The notes under the pieces are model-generated. The model saw only the letters and a program-made list of their open reading frames with translations. It was not told the origin of the DNA and made no database searches. DNA of 57,855 bases from Phoronis australis. Taxonomy: Eukaryota; Animalia; Phoronida. The DNA is taken from assembly GCA_002633005.1 (NCBI GenBank), contig NMRA01000176.1, positions 693,302-751,156 of the forward strand, in the 5' to 3' direction. The position numbers and the translations under genes were made by a program. Below, one piece after another: positions 1-53,300 of this stretch (position 1 is its first letter; each line of letters starts with the position of its first letter).

Positions 1-318
1 CGTGACTATATACTTTTAACCATTGTCTCATTTCTCTGGCCTGATTTTTTCGAATATATGTTTTATCAAGTGCACTGCAGAGGAAAACTCAGCGCGGCAG
101 ACAAAGTCGCTGAAAGCGGAGATTTTGACGCCGGCGGCATTCTTAAACTTTGCAAACAAGGGAAGAAAATAAAGTGACAAAAAGGTTCAAGTATTATATT
201 TTGAAGTGAGTTCATGACCCAAGACAATAACTCGTTACCTGTATTGTAATTCAGATTGCTAAACCACCGTCTCGGAGTCCCGGCGTCGTTGCACTCATTG
301 TGATCATCGATCTTTTTC

Positions 319-541
319 TAAAAGTCGGGGAATCGCGCGTTTCCTTAGCACTAGGCGCTAAATCTTCATTCTTTAAAAGTCGGGGATGGGCCCTTAACCG
401 AGAGGTGGGCGCTTAACTTGAAATCTTCAAAAATCACAGGGGGGCGGTTTACCGAGCAGTTTGTGGTTAAATCGAAAATCCACTGAAAGTCGGTGATGGG
501 CGGTTAACTGAGCATGGGCGTTAACCCGAACGATTACGGTA
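319..541. mobile_element. Right end of a non-autonomous DNA transposon (Tc1/pogo-like MITE) in the COPZ1 intron
   Basis: Subterminal repeats (aaagtcgg(g/t)ga; gggcnnttaacc) ending in ...cgattacggta, the TACGGTA terminus with TA typical of such elements. The left end is not identified. Confidence 0.45.
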
Positions 542-585
542 TGTCCACGGACATTTTATGTGTATTTTTCCTCCGGTATACTTAC

Positions 586-2875
586 CATTAGCTTTATGTG
601 TTTTGTTGAACAAGTTTTTTTCAAAATCTTTCTGTTCCTTTGCTGTTTGATAGGTCTCATCATAATACTGAAATCAAGACCACCAACTGATGGCAAACTT
701 TGACCAGGAAAAATAAAACTCAAATTAAACTGCATTAGAAAAATAAAAATAAATATTTTGTTTAACTAACACACATGTTAAAACATCGTACACCTTATAC
801 GAAGTCCAATTATTATACTCAAACAACTCTCTCGTACAAATTTATTCACTTAAAAGTGCCTGCTTTTGTAAAATTATAATTTTTTCATGAAGATGCAAGA
901 TTAAAACAAGCGTTGAGTACTTTACAAATGAAGATAAACCAACCTTTGCCACAATCCTGTTTCCATCATTGTCTAGAATTAGTATGGCCTTTACAGTGTA
1001 CAAACTGGGCTCCTGCACAAAAAGAAACACACATAAGACATGATGCTGCAATGCAAAATAAACACAGGATTTCGCATGCGATTATGTCTTTTTTAAGAAA
1101 AATCAGCAAGAAAGTTGACAAATACCTTCAAATCTGAAATAGGTACCGTGAAAGATGACTAATATATGACATATCATGGCGAACAAGTGAAATGCTTTTC
1201 ATTTTTCAGAAAACAAACATGTGGCAGTGGCAGCAATACATATAATCATCCTGAAGCTATATAACACAACAACCACCAGACAATGGTTTGAGAAACTGTG
1301 AGCATTCCTTGCAATATTAGAAACCTTTGAAAAATGAAAATGGTGAATCATGGCAATTAATTCAGTCCAAAATTCGTGAGATTTTAACGTATGTGTGCAG
1401 ACAGAAATTTGTTGGTCCCAACTTGCGCGGGCAAGCAATGCTTGACTGAACACTTCACTGAAAGCCAAACATGTAAAACCCATGTGGCAATATTGATCAA
1501 CCATATCATGTCATCAAAGTCGCCACAGGATTGGAAAGTGTGCAGCATTCAAGTACATGGTGAGAACCGACATTCAGCAGAAAATGAAGAAATAAATCAG
1601 TTCAACATATGATTATTAAAGTGACACAAATTTATTATTTTTGAGATTATTCCGAAGATGGAATGAGCGTCACGCCTTCAGCGGTCAGTCTGACGCTTTC
1701 CTACTGGAGCTAAACCTCACTTGGCAACCATACAAGCATGACTGGCAGCCAAGGCCAGAATTGATGTGTAATGAGATCACACCAAGCACTGTGTGTTGCA
1801 GGCAACAGTGAATTGAGTAGTACTCCCTTTAAATGGGAAATTGCTCTAGTTAGACAGCAGGCTTTGACACTAGAAACCGTGATTCAAGATTGGGCTGCAG
1901 CATGGTAATTCTTCACTACACTTGCACCCAACTATGGTAAGAACTCGTAATTAGCAAAAAGGAACAGTAGACCAGTATGTGGCCTTCCGGGTTCGAGATG
2001 CTGAATTGCATGCCGCCCCGCTTGAATGATTGGATTGTGAAGTATGCGGTGTATCTGCAGTAAATGTACTAATTTAAAGATCTTTCTTAATCACTCATAT
2101 ATGCACAAATTGTTCTTAGCCAATTAGTTATGGCGCCTGTCTTTGACCACTGGCAACTCGGGTTCGTTTGTCATGTTTGTGAAAGTTAATTTCGATCATT
2201 TAGAGTATAACACTGGTATATATTATATCAGTAAAGAAGAGAGTACGCCATTGCACAGGAACACAGAATCAAGTCTTGTGAGTTTGGCAATCTTGCCACC
2301 AGGGGCTCTACGTGATGCGCAGCACTAGTAGTACTAGTACCCGCTACTCTAGAGAGGTTCGCAATCTCGACACTATGTGATGAACATGATAACCTGCCAT
2401 TTCATTTGATTGAGGTCAGACAATGAATGATACCAATCGAAGTTGAACCGGCATTCACATCGATTGAACATTGATAATGGATCAGATAATGCGCATCACT
2501 TAATAAAGTTCTGCCATATTACGAACCTTGCCACACTTCCTGCAATTCTAAGTTCCCGTACTCCCTTGTTTATTTATAGTGTATAATAAAGGAATGTTAT
2601 CCCAAATCGAAATAACCTCACATGCACACGGTCAGTTTTAGGTTCAACAAAAACACCCAGCTTATGTTGACTCTGACTGGCGCAGGCAAAGACAGCAAAG
2701 CACAAGTTAGCCTGGGCCTACATACGCTTCTACATTCAGACCATTCAGTCATTGTGCAAACAATCCTAATGAATTTGAACACACAAACGTCTTTAACAGA
2801 TTGGAATTTCGGAAGATAATCAAAATTCTCATCTAATTTATCTGATTTCGAAAGTACCGGCAGCAATGCGTCCAT
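586..2875 (-). CDS. COPZ1: Coatomer subunit zeta (COPI zeta-COP), 5' part; coding exons 2858-2875, 944-1012, 586-667; gene continues beyond the left edge
   Basis: Spliced translation [56 protein letters not shown] closely matches the zeta-COP N-terminus (human [35 protein letters not shown]...). Exons of 18, 69 and 82 bp have GT-AG ends and a consistent frame. Confidence 0.95.
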
Positions 2876-3141
2876 CCTCCGCTTTTCTTTTGGACGTGGA
2901 GTTTACAAACTCCGCACCTTCTTGGTCGATAATTCTACGTTTTCATTGGCTGATGCAAAAACATAAGTCTTTTGACACTTTATGTTAGCTAAAGATATTG
3001 TATTGTTCGGAATTAAAAGTAAAAAAATATATTAAATTAATAAAAATTACATTTAATATTTGTTTTTTTCTTTTCAAACACCAATGAAGTTATAAACAAA
3101 AAAGAAATTTGGTTTGTCACGCGCGATTAAACACCGGCAAA
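2876..3141. promoter_or_regulatory. Putative bidirectional promoter between COPZ1 and SMARCC
   Basis: Divergent start codons at 2875 (-) and 3142 (+) are 266 bp apart. ATTGG (reverse CCAAT) at 2945-2949, a long poly(dA:dT)-rich tract at about 3015-3108, and a YY1-like CAAAATGGC overlapping the SMARCC ATG. Confidence 0.7.
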
Positions 3142-42761
<39,620 letters not shown>

Positions 42762-42982
42762 TGCCCCATACGCGGGACTCAACAATGCAGTGGGCCACAG
42801 CCTGGGCATAGAGTTAACTGATATTTGATACTGCTATTGCCGTAAACAGTTTAGTTACAGTAATTCTACACTTATTTTGCAAAAACTAAGGATTTCCAAA
42901 ACTGTAATTTTCCATTTTCAAAGGCTGATTACTTAACTGCAAACCACCTTTTAGTTTTTATTTTTGTGGAGAAATTTGACGA

Positions 42983-42988
42983 AATAAA
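42983..42988 (+). terminator. Candidate proximal polyadenylation signal of SMARCC
   Basis: First AATAAA, about 220 nt after the TGA at 42761; the 3' UTR may extend further. Confidence 0.3.
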
Positions 42989-44851
42989 ATTTCACTCGTT
43001 GGCCACATTGTGCGCTGAATAAGTAAAGAATTACACTATCTACCACCCATTCTATTGTTTCTTACCCATGTCTATATGTAAGAATGCACTGCCATTTGTA
43101 AAGAAGTTCATGTTCTTTCAGTGTTGGCCAGTTTGTACTGCTTTAAATAACATTGTGGCTATCCCATAATGCTGTGCTTATCTCACAACATTGTGGTTAC
43201 CCTGTAACGGGCGTGCGTTCAGTTAGGTTAAGTCTTCCTTGTGAATTTGACAAGATCAAGTAGGACATGACTGGCTAGCGTTTGTGAATTAAGCTCATGA
43301 CGTTTCTCGCATACGTTAGCAAAATGGCCGCCAGTACAAAGGATTGGATGGCTTCGCTGGATCATCGAATTTTGAGAGATAATGTTGTGTAAACCAGCGA
43401 ATACTCTCCTTTCCTAAAGAGCTCCCACAGGACACTTACTTTGTTTAATGTTTCATTGGTTTTTCTGTTTATTGTTAGAGACATTTGCTTATTGTAGTCA
43501 CTTTGTTGCTCCGAATTCAGTTGCCGTCATACCTTACGAGCTTAATAATTTAATATATTCTTAGTCCAACATGTCTGTACTTCAGGTGTTGCCATGCTTG
43601 CATTGCAGTTAACTTTCTTTGGTAGCAATTTCTAATCTTACCGATAAGTTGCCATTTCGACTAGTCGTTAATTTAAACTGAATTTTAGAAGTCAAATTGT
43701 GTGAGTGTACTGCTATAGTTATTCTTTATTTAATATGTCGCAGGACTATATTTGGTGAAATATTTTCTCTCAGCTTGCCTATTAGTTACTCTAAATCAAA
43801 ATTAATTTTGTTTTCCCGCCTGTGACTGACTATATTGAGTGCAAGACTGAAAATATTTTAGTTACAATCCGAAATCTGAAAAGAATTTTTCATCTGGAAA
43901 ACGAAGTATTTTTGCAAAAAAATCTGTCAGATCGTGAACTGGAAGAAATAAATCATTTTACTCGCCCACTCACCCATCTCAGAGGAGTGAGTTTTGGTAA
44001 GGGGAAACTAACATGTTTTTTTAGGCAAGCTTTGAGGTTGCACTTACTGTAGCAGTACTTCTTAGAGGCTATGTAGGTTATAGTTAATTTGTTGAAACAT
44101 TCTTGGGTTTGAGGCTATGCTTTTCTTTGTAAATATCACATTGTCGTTGATTGGCTCTTCCTGTTCGCTGTGTTGTCTAGCTGTCGTCTGTGTAGTGGAT
44201 AGTAGCTGCAGCACACGCTTGTAGTGATCGGACAAAATTCTGCTCTAGTCTGGCGAGCTTCATTCAGTGTAAAAATGTTGGGTACAGTAGTACACAAAAG
44301 TAATCTGACATAATACTCTTTCCCAGTCTTGACTTCCGTCTAGGGCAAAATTGACTGGTAATAAGTATCAGGGTGACAAATCTCAAATTACAGAATGTCA
44401 TAGTCATTCTACTAACTTTCCAGTCAATTCCCCTTCGTTTTCGGTCATGAGGGATGACTACTCTGATCATGAATTTGGCTTCTTCCCAGCTGTCATGGCA
44501 GGGAATTCCAGGTCATTGTGTCTACACTTTTGGCTTGTACTGTAGTTACTTGTTCTAGTCTCAAATCTAGCTATAGAATATTATTAAAATAAGAAAAAAA
44601 TACTCACAGACCATAAAGTTGGTATAATGGCATAGAAAGGCTTTAAAAACATCGTGTGTTTTGAGCTCCAGTCTTTCACATTGGTGGGTAAATCGCAAAT
44701 GATGGACAAGTTGGATTAGATGGCACAGCTGTTATGAAACCCAAATACATGTGAATGGGCACTGGTACAGAGTAGAACAACCATAGCATAGATTACTAGT
44801 GAGACACCTGTAGGGAAAAGGCCACACTACTGAGTAGGTGTAAGGCAATGA

Positions 44852-45970
44852 GTTGGGTAACCTATGTCAAAATTAAGGCCTCAAAATGAGAGTTAAAATC
44901 AAGAATGTCTCTGACCTCACATTTCCACCGGTTTATATTTGTGGAGACTCTGGCTTATTCATCCTTGTTTTTACCCATCACTGTAGAAGGGCTGGAGTTT
45001 AAAACCCTCAGTGTTTTTAAAGTGTTTATCTACCATTATGCCAAGTTTATCGTCTGTGCAGGCTTTTATTTCTATTTTATCAATATTTGCCCGAATACGG
45101 CTCGCTGCAGAACTCGCGTCTGTAGAACACTGTTTCCACCTTGTTAGACTTCGGGTAAAATTCCCCGTCACTTCTGGTCATCGCAGGACGACTATTGTGT
45201 CAGTGTAGGAATTTTGTGTTCTCTCATCTGTCGAATTTTGTCCCATTAACTTTGGCATGTACTCGGGTAGTCTGTGTATAGTATCGTACCTTGATTTACT
45301 TTTGTACTCCATAGCTGTAAGCGGTGAGCACAAGTTGCGCCATGCCTCGTGGACATGGCAAATGTAAATATATTTGTAGTAAAACAATCTTTGTTGTTTC
45401 AGTAGCTACCNGTTGGGTAACCTATGTCAAAATTAAGGCCTCAAAATGAGAGTTAAAATCAAGAATGTCTCTGACCTCACATTTCCACCGGTTTATATTT
45501 GTGGAGACTCTGTCTTATTCATCCTTGTTTTTACCCATCACTGTAGAAGGGCTGGAGTTTAAAACCCTCAGTGTTTTTAAAGTGTTTATCTACCATTATG
45601 CCAAGTTTATCGTCTGTGCAGGCTTTTATTTCTATTTTTTCAATATTTGCCCGAATACGGCTCGCTGCAGAACTCGCGTCTGTAGAACACTGTTTCCACC
45701 TTGTTAGACTTCGGGTAAAATTCCCCGTCACTTCTGGTCATCGCAGGACGACTACTGTGTCAGTGTAGGAATTTTGTGTTCTCTCATCTGTCGAATTTTG
45801 TCCCATTAACTTTGGCATGTACTCGGGTAGTCTGTGTATAGTATCGTACCTTGATTTACTTTTGTACTCCATAGCTGTAAGCGGTGAGCACAAGTTGCGC
45901 CATGCCTCGTGGACATGGCAAATGTAAATATATTTGTAGTAAAACAATCTTTGTTGTTTCAGTAGCTACC
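44852..45970 (+). repeat. 559-bp duplication around a single N (probable scaffolding overlap or haplotype artefact)
   Basis: 44852-45410 repeated at 45412-45970, n at 45411, three substitutions seen. Confidence 0.9.
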
Positions 45971-47385
45971 GCGGAGGGGGTCTTGGAAAAATATGATAAT
46001 GACAGGACTGTTTTAGTGATTTCACCCAAAATTTACCCCTTAACAGTGCATAATATGTGCATTTTCTGCAAGATAAAAGCACTATTCGCTTTTTAGACCT
46101 ATTAGTGGGAATGAGGCTTTTTCGTAAATTTACCATGGTCAGGTACTTGATAAATCAACGAGCAAGGCCGCATCTTTAGTTAAGACACCTCTGTCAGTTG
46201 AAAAGATATTTCCTTATTTAATAGCAATTTATTTTTGATGTAAAACAAAATCGTTTACTCATTTGTTTTGACAAAACCAAAATTACCTTTATGAACATCA
46301 GCGGCGAGCGAATTGCTCTTTTCCCCTCTACTCGGACTCCTCAGGGTATACCAAAATGGGATTGTAGGCCGCGTCCCATAAAATTATTAAATCTTCCACC
46401 AAATCCCTAGCGCCTATTTTCGAAGTCCGTAAAAAATGGAAATTCCGTTTTTGTACCCCTGTTTCGGGTGTGTCAAAAAACTAACGAGACTGATGCGGAG
46501 GGTTCCACCTTTAACAACTTTTGAACAGTCATGTTTTTGAAATGAACTTTGTATAGATAATGATATAATTCAGCTACGCTCCTTACATTTCTTACAAGTT
46601 GCGTCATACCATTGTGCATGCGATACGCGTTGGCCCTACTTCAACTTGAAAACTGCTGGCTAGAATTGAGCGTTAAATATACGCATACGTCTGGAAGAGG
46701 TCTTCAAACATCCAACGCAATGTGTTCAATTAATTCCTTGGAAATCGAAAATGCTTTTCAAAGCACCCGTGGAAGGTCAACTTAATTCCCTCCTTGGATT
46801 CAAAACCTTTCATGCCACATCCAAATGTAATGCGACAGTGATTCGATTTCACCTAAAGCTGCATGCATATAATTTGTTTTTAATTAACACTTTTGAACTT
46901 CTTTGTGAAATTTGTTATATTTATTTGTACATGAAGAGACTGCGACCAGATTGTTGAACTTATATACGCTTAAGAAACTTGAGTAAGTTCTTTTCCGTAC
47001 ACCTGCAGTTTTTTATATTAGACAATGCGAAGTCTAACAACTTTTGCTAAGTCAAGAATAATATTAAACAAGAAATAGTTCCTTCCAAATCCCGCAAATA
47101 TTGAAGGCACTTGAAACACCTTGGGGGTCTTGATCCAATTAATGTCGTACTGGAGATGTTCGGCTTGATACTGGTGGTAGCTATCCTAACTTCTCTCTCA
47201 CCATTATGTAAATCATCCCCTTTGCTGAGACGTTGGGACATAGAAAATCTCGGCCACCATTAGAACATGGCTTTAGGAAAGCGGGTTTTAGAGAAAGTGA
47301 ACCTGATACGGGGTGGAATAAAGACTGTATTTCTGGCAAGAAAGAGGCTAGCGTACACCCACAAGTTACTGCAGGGAAAGGGGTT

Positions 47386-50300
47386 TCATATATCATTAAA
47401 TAACTGAAATTCGAAGTTGCAATCGGAAGGCCGTTGCCAAAATCTTCCATCACTGAGGCGAAGACCACGATGGAACTTTGGTGGATGACCGTAGTTGAGC
47501 ATAGTGACGGAGAGAGAATCGACTTCATCTCCGTACAAGCTATCGAAACGGACTTTAGCAAAAGGTATGACCTTGGTACTCCATTCCTTTACGTACGACA
47601 ATGGTCCAAAGATCTCTACGTTGAATACATTGTCTTCTTTTGAGGGAAACAGCTTCCATCGGGCCAGTTCACCGTAGTTAAGTTGCAACAGACCCGTCGT
47701 CTTATTGATCAGAACTGTCACGTTCCCTTGTGCCAGATTGCCGTACGTACCGACGTACTTGCGCAGAGGAAGTGTCGATGGCAGATTCTCTTCAACTTGT
47801 AACGGAGGCTTTGAACCACGTGATCCTCCCTTCGCGCCTTGTTTGCCGGGTTGTTTCCATGGTGCCGGATAGGTGCACACTGTTGTCTCGTTCAACCATG
47901 GCGCATAGCCTAGTAAAAGGTCGCTGATGTAATCATGAATGAGTAAGTTGTTAATTACTGCTTCACGACCCGTCGGTCCGTTGACTACGGTGTAGACTGC
48001 GCTCTTTGCATCCAAATAGAGGGCAAGCTGGCCATCGTAACCGTAAAGATTACCAGCGTGCGAGACAACTTGATGGTCTAAAAAAGAAAATGAATTGTAT
48101 TGATGTGCTGTAACAGGGCCTTTACTGAAAATGCTACATATATCTTATCGCACATGTATGACAAAAACTAATTGCAGAGAAAAGGTTTCAATTAATGCAG
48201 GGTAAATCTTATCTTCTTTATCCGAGTATAAGCGAAATTCAACACAGGAACTGTACATGTATACTGACACAGTGAGCGGCAGTGATGGAGATGGTAATGT
48301 ATGATGCTATTGGTGATGGTGGTAATTATGGTGGCGCTGATGGTAGTGGTGATGGAGGTAACTAGTGATGGTGCTGGTGATTTTGGCGAGAACGAGGGTG
48401 ATGATGCTTATGGTGTTTGTGGCGGTGATTGTGATGGTGGCGATGATGGTGGTGATAATGGTGGTTATGATGTTGATGGTGATGGTGGTGGTTATGATGG
48501 TGGTGGTGATTTTGACGGGAACGATTGAGATGATAGTGTTGACTGTGGTTAATTGTGGCGATTATGATGGTGCTGATGATGGTGATGATCACTAAAAAAG
48601 AAAAGCCGCTGCAATGGTCCATGAAATTGCCGCAATTTACCTCTGTATGTACCCAAGACCCAACCGTGTGCATACTCCTTCAAAGTGCGTTTGTGTGGCG
48701 AGACCGGTAGTTCAAGATAGCCTCCCAGGAACAAAGGAGGCATTACCATCAACGGATTGAATAGGTCGTTCAGGGTCTTCGGAAACGTGTATCTCGTACC
48801 ATTGGGTAACCGACCTCGGGATACGAGGAATTTCAAGTATTTGGCCATGTCTGCGGCAGTCGTCGCTATTCCCCCGCCAGGGGCAATGATAATCGAATTG
48901 CTGGAAAGATCGAGGTACCTTTTGTGGTCAGGCATTTATATACAGTACACCTTCCTACCTACCTACCTACCTACCTACCTACCTACCTACCTACCTACCT
49001 ACCTACTAACCTATATCTACCTTCCTACCCACCTCCTTTACCTACCTACTACCAAGTCCATACCTACCTACTGTACATACCAACATACATGTACATATGT
49101 ATGTATTCTTCGGTAGCAGCCCTTAGTTGACACAAACTTGGTTAAAACCACGACAAATTCACCTATTGCCTGATTATGAGATCTGTCGTCCCAAAATATA
49201 GCAACTAGTTTATCTTCTTTAGAACATTATGTCTCCTTAGTGTTTTGTTACACATCTGCACGCCCTGAAGATATCAGATTGTATAGAGACACTACGTCAG
49301 CGAGTATATATTAATCTGTTTAACAAAAAGCACAGTTGTGCCTTCATCCAAGCTAGTTTGTGACATACATGTATGCATGTATACATATATTTAGTTATAG
49401 GCTATTAGCTCAATGAAGTCTTGTACTGCCTCATTGGAGGTAATGCGATTGTGGTCCGGACCCGTACAACTAGAATGTAGCAAAAGACGTAGGCTTTCAA
49501 GTGCTTTAAAACCAACCGTCTGCCAAAGAAAACCGTCTTTTATTTAGACGACACATCCTATAAAAGTGGCAGTTACTGGGCTAGAGAAAATATAATGTTC
49601 AGGTCCGTCAGTGGCAGCCGAGTCAACCCAACGTACTGAGACGCTGTAATTCGAGGAACTGGAACTTTCAGTTAAAATCCACTGAAAATCGGAGTGAAAG
49701 CCTTGTCTCGCACTCCGACTTTCCGTTTACGACTTCGCATACCGTCGATATTGGACCGCTATATGCACAGCTCCCATTTAATATCATGATACGACTTTGG
49801 AGCACTGTCCACACGGCTTTGATTAGTCATTTTGTATGACTTTGGACCACTGTCTGCACACCTTTTGATTAGTCATCGCATACGACTTTGGACCACTTCC
49901 TAAGCACCTCCGATTAGTTGTCTACATACGACTTTGGACCAATGCCTATACACTTCCGATTATTCATCGTGTATACGTAGCCTACTTAGAAACACTTCTA
50001 CGCAGCTCTGATTAGTAGAACATAATTTCGTGCAGAACTGATCCAATTTTAGGGGGCTGTGACTTCGCTGAATGGAAATATTCACAGTTCACATCATAGA
50101 GGATATTCGTGATACGCCATGTAATACATTCACACCATTTCACTTGGTGTCGTGTCAAAACTAAGGGGCATTTTTGGTCAGCGATCTCCTAGCGATCGAA
50201 AGTCGATCTTGCTCTGTTTCAATCGACAAGTAGGATACGCCTTCTTTAGTGTAGGAATTTGAGTCAACACATATTCAAACATCCGGGCTAGTCGTACGAA

Positions 50301-53300
50301 ATATGTCGTAAATCAAAATCAGACTGTATAAACGATTTCTTAAGGAATAGATTGTGACCAGATTTTAAAAAGGCAAGTGATCGGCTGTACACGTAAATAG
50401 TTGAACGATAAATAGGCCCCTAGTTGTTATAAAATTGAAGTTAGTTGCATAATTATTTAATTCAATTCTTACAGCTGAATAAAATGACTAGAATATGGTC
50501 TAAATCATGAAATAAATTACTCACGAAGTGCCTAGTTGACTTATGCGATGGAGTGGCTCTTTTCCGTCCTTCATGTAGGGTTTGGCGAATCGAGGATCGC
50601 CTATTGAAGACGTATTGTAAAATGTGGACGACTTCATGTTCAGAGGACGAAACACCCATCGTTTCATGGCTTCCTCAAACGAAAGACCTGTTAGTTTTTT
50701 ACACACTTCACCCATGACACTGTATGTGTTGCTGTTGTAGAGAAAGTGATTCCGGAACTCGTACATCGTATCGGTGTACCTTAATCGCCTGAAATAGGTT
50801 TGGATGAACAAGAATTTCTAACTTTGTACTCGGGGGGGCTCGTCGAACTGTTCTGCTCTATCTCATATAGCGGTCACCCGTAGTGCAGGGACTCTGCTTG
50901 TATGACTACTTCTCCTACAGGCGGATCTAAGACATCGTAAGGGGGTCCAACCACGTTATAGGAAGGAAAACGTGCGACTATACCCCATGAAGCTACGAGC
51001 AATGCATACGTTTTCCGAATTTGCAGTTGTAGGGTTGGGCAACTCCACAAAAACTCCGAAGCGTTTCCCGATGGTTCTAACGGACTCATTCGTAGCGGTT
51101 TGATATCAAGTCTGCCATGTTCGTTCTAGGCTAAACCCTGCCCGTCTGTTGCCCGTTACTAGATACATGTATACAGTATAGTTAGCATTTTAGCGGTGTG
51201 CACCAACGGGTGTACAGCTGACAAGAATTTTATGCTGAGACTAGGGGAGGTTATTTTGGTTTGGAAAATATCTCTACTGAATGAATTCATGTCATGAAAT
51301 TGGGGCAAAGTAATACATCCATTTTTTCAGATATTACCATACTCAGGATCAATCCCAAACTTGGCCGTTAGCAACATCAATCGTACTGTGACGCACTTCA
51401 GGCGAAAGTTTTGACACACTGCACACAGGAGGGCTAATTGTAACTTAAAGCATGCGTGGCCAACTGAACTCGGACCAGAGCCTGAGTGTTCAACTTAAGA
51501 ATGTTCATTGGAGACTTCACCGTTCATGTTATATCAAACGTGGAAAGGGTACCACTTACCTAAGACAGAAAGTAAACATGGACCAAATAGTATGCCAGGT
51601 TTCTGAATCGTTGTAACATTTGCAATGATTCATATTTTCAGAAATTACCGAGGTGTTTCATTATTAGAGGAGCTTAATATTGTTATCAGCAATTTTATCC
51701 TCTTAAAGCAGCTTCTGTTGGTAACATGCGGGTTTGTTTGTCGAGGCAAAATGTTTGAATTGGGCTTTACAATCGCTTCCCATCTAAGCGCTAGTTAAAA
51801 GCTAACAACGAGCCTTTTAACGAGGTTCCATACAAGTCATTCAATGTTGACAAGGAGTTGGTTATTTTCCCATTAAGTTTAATGCAACCTGGAACTTCTC
51901 TTCAAATTTATATACAGTATACATGTATCATATGTATTTAATTCATAGGTACTGGTCTGAGGAAATTTGGAGTCAGGAGAAAATTTTAAGAATTTTTGTC
52001 CCTCAAAGGGGTCGATCAGTTTTTCTTTGCTCTCTTAAGTTTAGCGTTAATAAAAATTCAAGGATAGAGATCCAATAGATTGTTAAGCAGTAACGTTTAG
52101 ATCTTTCCTTACTCGTAAATCTCTTCAAAGCTGTTGACAGCTTTTGCCAACCACATCATGTCGTTGTCCGGAAGTCCCGTTCTGTGGCTGATTAGATCTT
52201 CCAGACTCGTCTTAAGTGTCTCGTAGTCTGTTGGCATGACGAAGTTAGGGAGGATGTCCCGTACCTTGGTCTCCCACGACATCCTGTGTTTACATGTACA
52301 AACGAGGGTATTGAGAGATGTGTAAAGAGTATCCATCATCGCTCAGATCGATGTTGCCGTGCCTAGTATTAAAAACGACATCGCGCACAACAAAAATTAA
52401 TGTTGTAAAAAGCACAGGGAGTTATGATTATTTTTCCGTGCACAAAAAATTCTTACCGCTCCAGTGTAGCAGGGGTGTCGCCAACAGCCTGTCAGAACCG
52501 TGACGTCCTAATATCATGAATCTGGGCTTATGAAGAAAAAGACTAATTCAATCATTTTAAAGTTTAAGCTGGAATTGGTTGGTGTGATACAAGTTCGGGC
52601 TTTATTTTTTACCGCTTCAATAGCAGTCAGTCAGCAATAGCTGGCTACACTTAAATGAAACGCACCAGAGAATCCACGGGTCTGTTTCATAAAAATGACT
52701 TAGGACTTGAGACATAAATTAACTCTTGGGCTCCCACTTTAGAATTGGTTTAGCCAAGTAATTGTGGACACATCACAGATAGTAAGAAACAATTAACAGA
52801 AATTTTCTCAGTAACCTAAGTAAGTAGGAGTCACGCCTACATTCTACAGTTATGTACGAGATTTTGCACATTTTCTGAAGTGAGATTTAACCATGTTCCT
52901 GAAATAGTTAAGTGGAGCGTCAGACCATATTTCTGACTTAAGTCTTAAGCCACTTTTCTTGAGACAGGTCCCTTAAGTCTGTAAATTAGAAGAAGTATAT
53001 TACTTTCATTTCTGTTATGCCCGGCCCTTTATGTAGAACTATCATCCATTGAGCTAACGAGATAGCGTAGACACTGAAGCTCTGTAGGATTTTACTTACT
53101 GCGTTGTGTCCACAGGAATTGGCTTTACAGTGTCACTTAAGAAACATTTCAAATGAAAATTTGGGAAAGGACAATGAGCACATTTGAATCTGGAATGTGG
53201 TGTTTTCAAAGTTCATGCAGTGTTCGGTACTTATTTTTTAGTTGTTGTTTTCAAAAACCGAAATTTGCTCAGTTGACTTAAGCTTAAACCAACTCCAGTG

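Noticed and set aside
1013-2857. Intronic microRNA in COPZ intron 1 (vertebrate COPZ1/2 host miR-148b/miR-152)
   Set aside because: I found no TCAGTGC seed or convincing pre-miRNA hairpin on the - strand.
44852-45970. Apparent tandem gene duplication (paired 65-80 aa ORFs)
   Set aside because: Near-identical copies separated by a single n are typical of unmerged contig or haplotype overlap; the ORFs have no recognisable domain.
48301-48673. His-rich, Gly/Asp-rich and Met/Val-rich ORFs
   Set aside because: Translations of a (GGT/GAT)n tract inside intron 4 of the lactamase-like gene.
48757-49130. (LPTY)n ORFs
   Set aside because: Product of the (CCTA)n microsatellite plus antisense overlap with a real exon.
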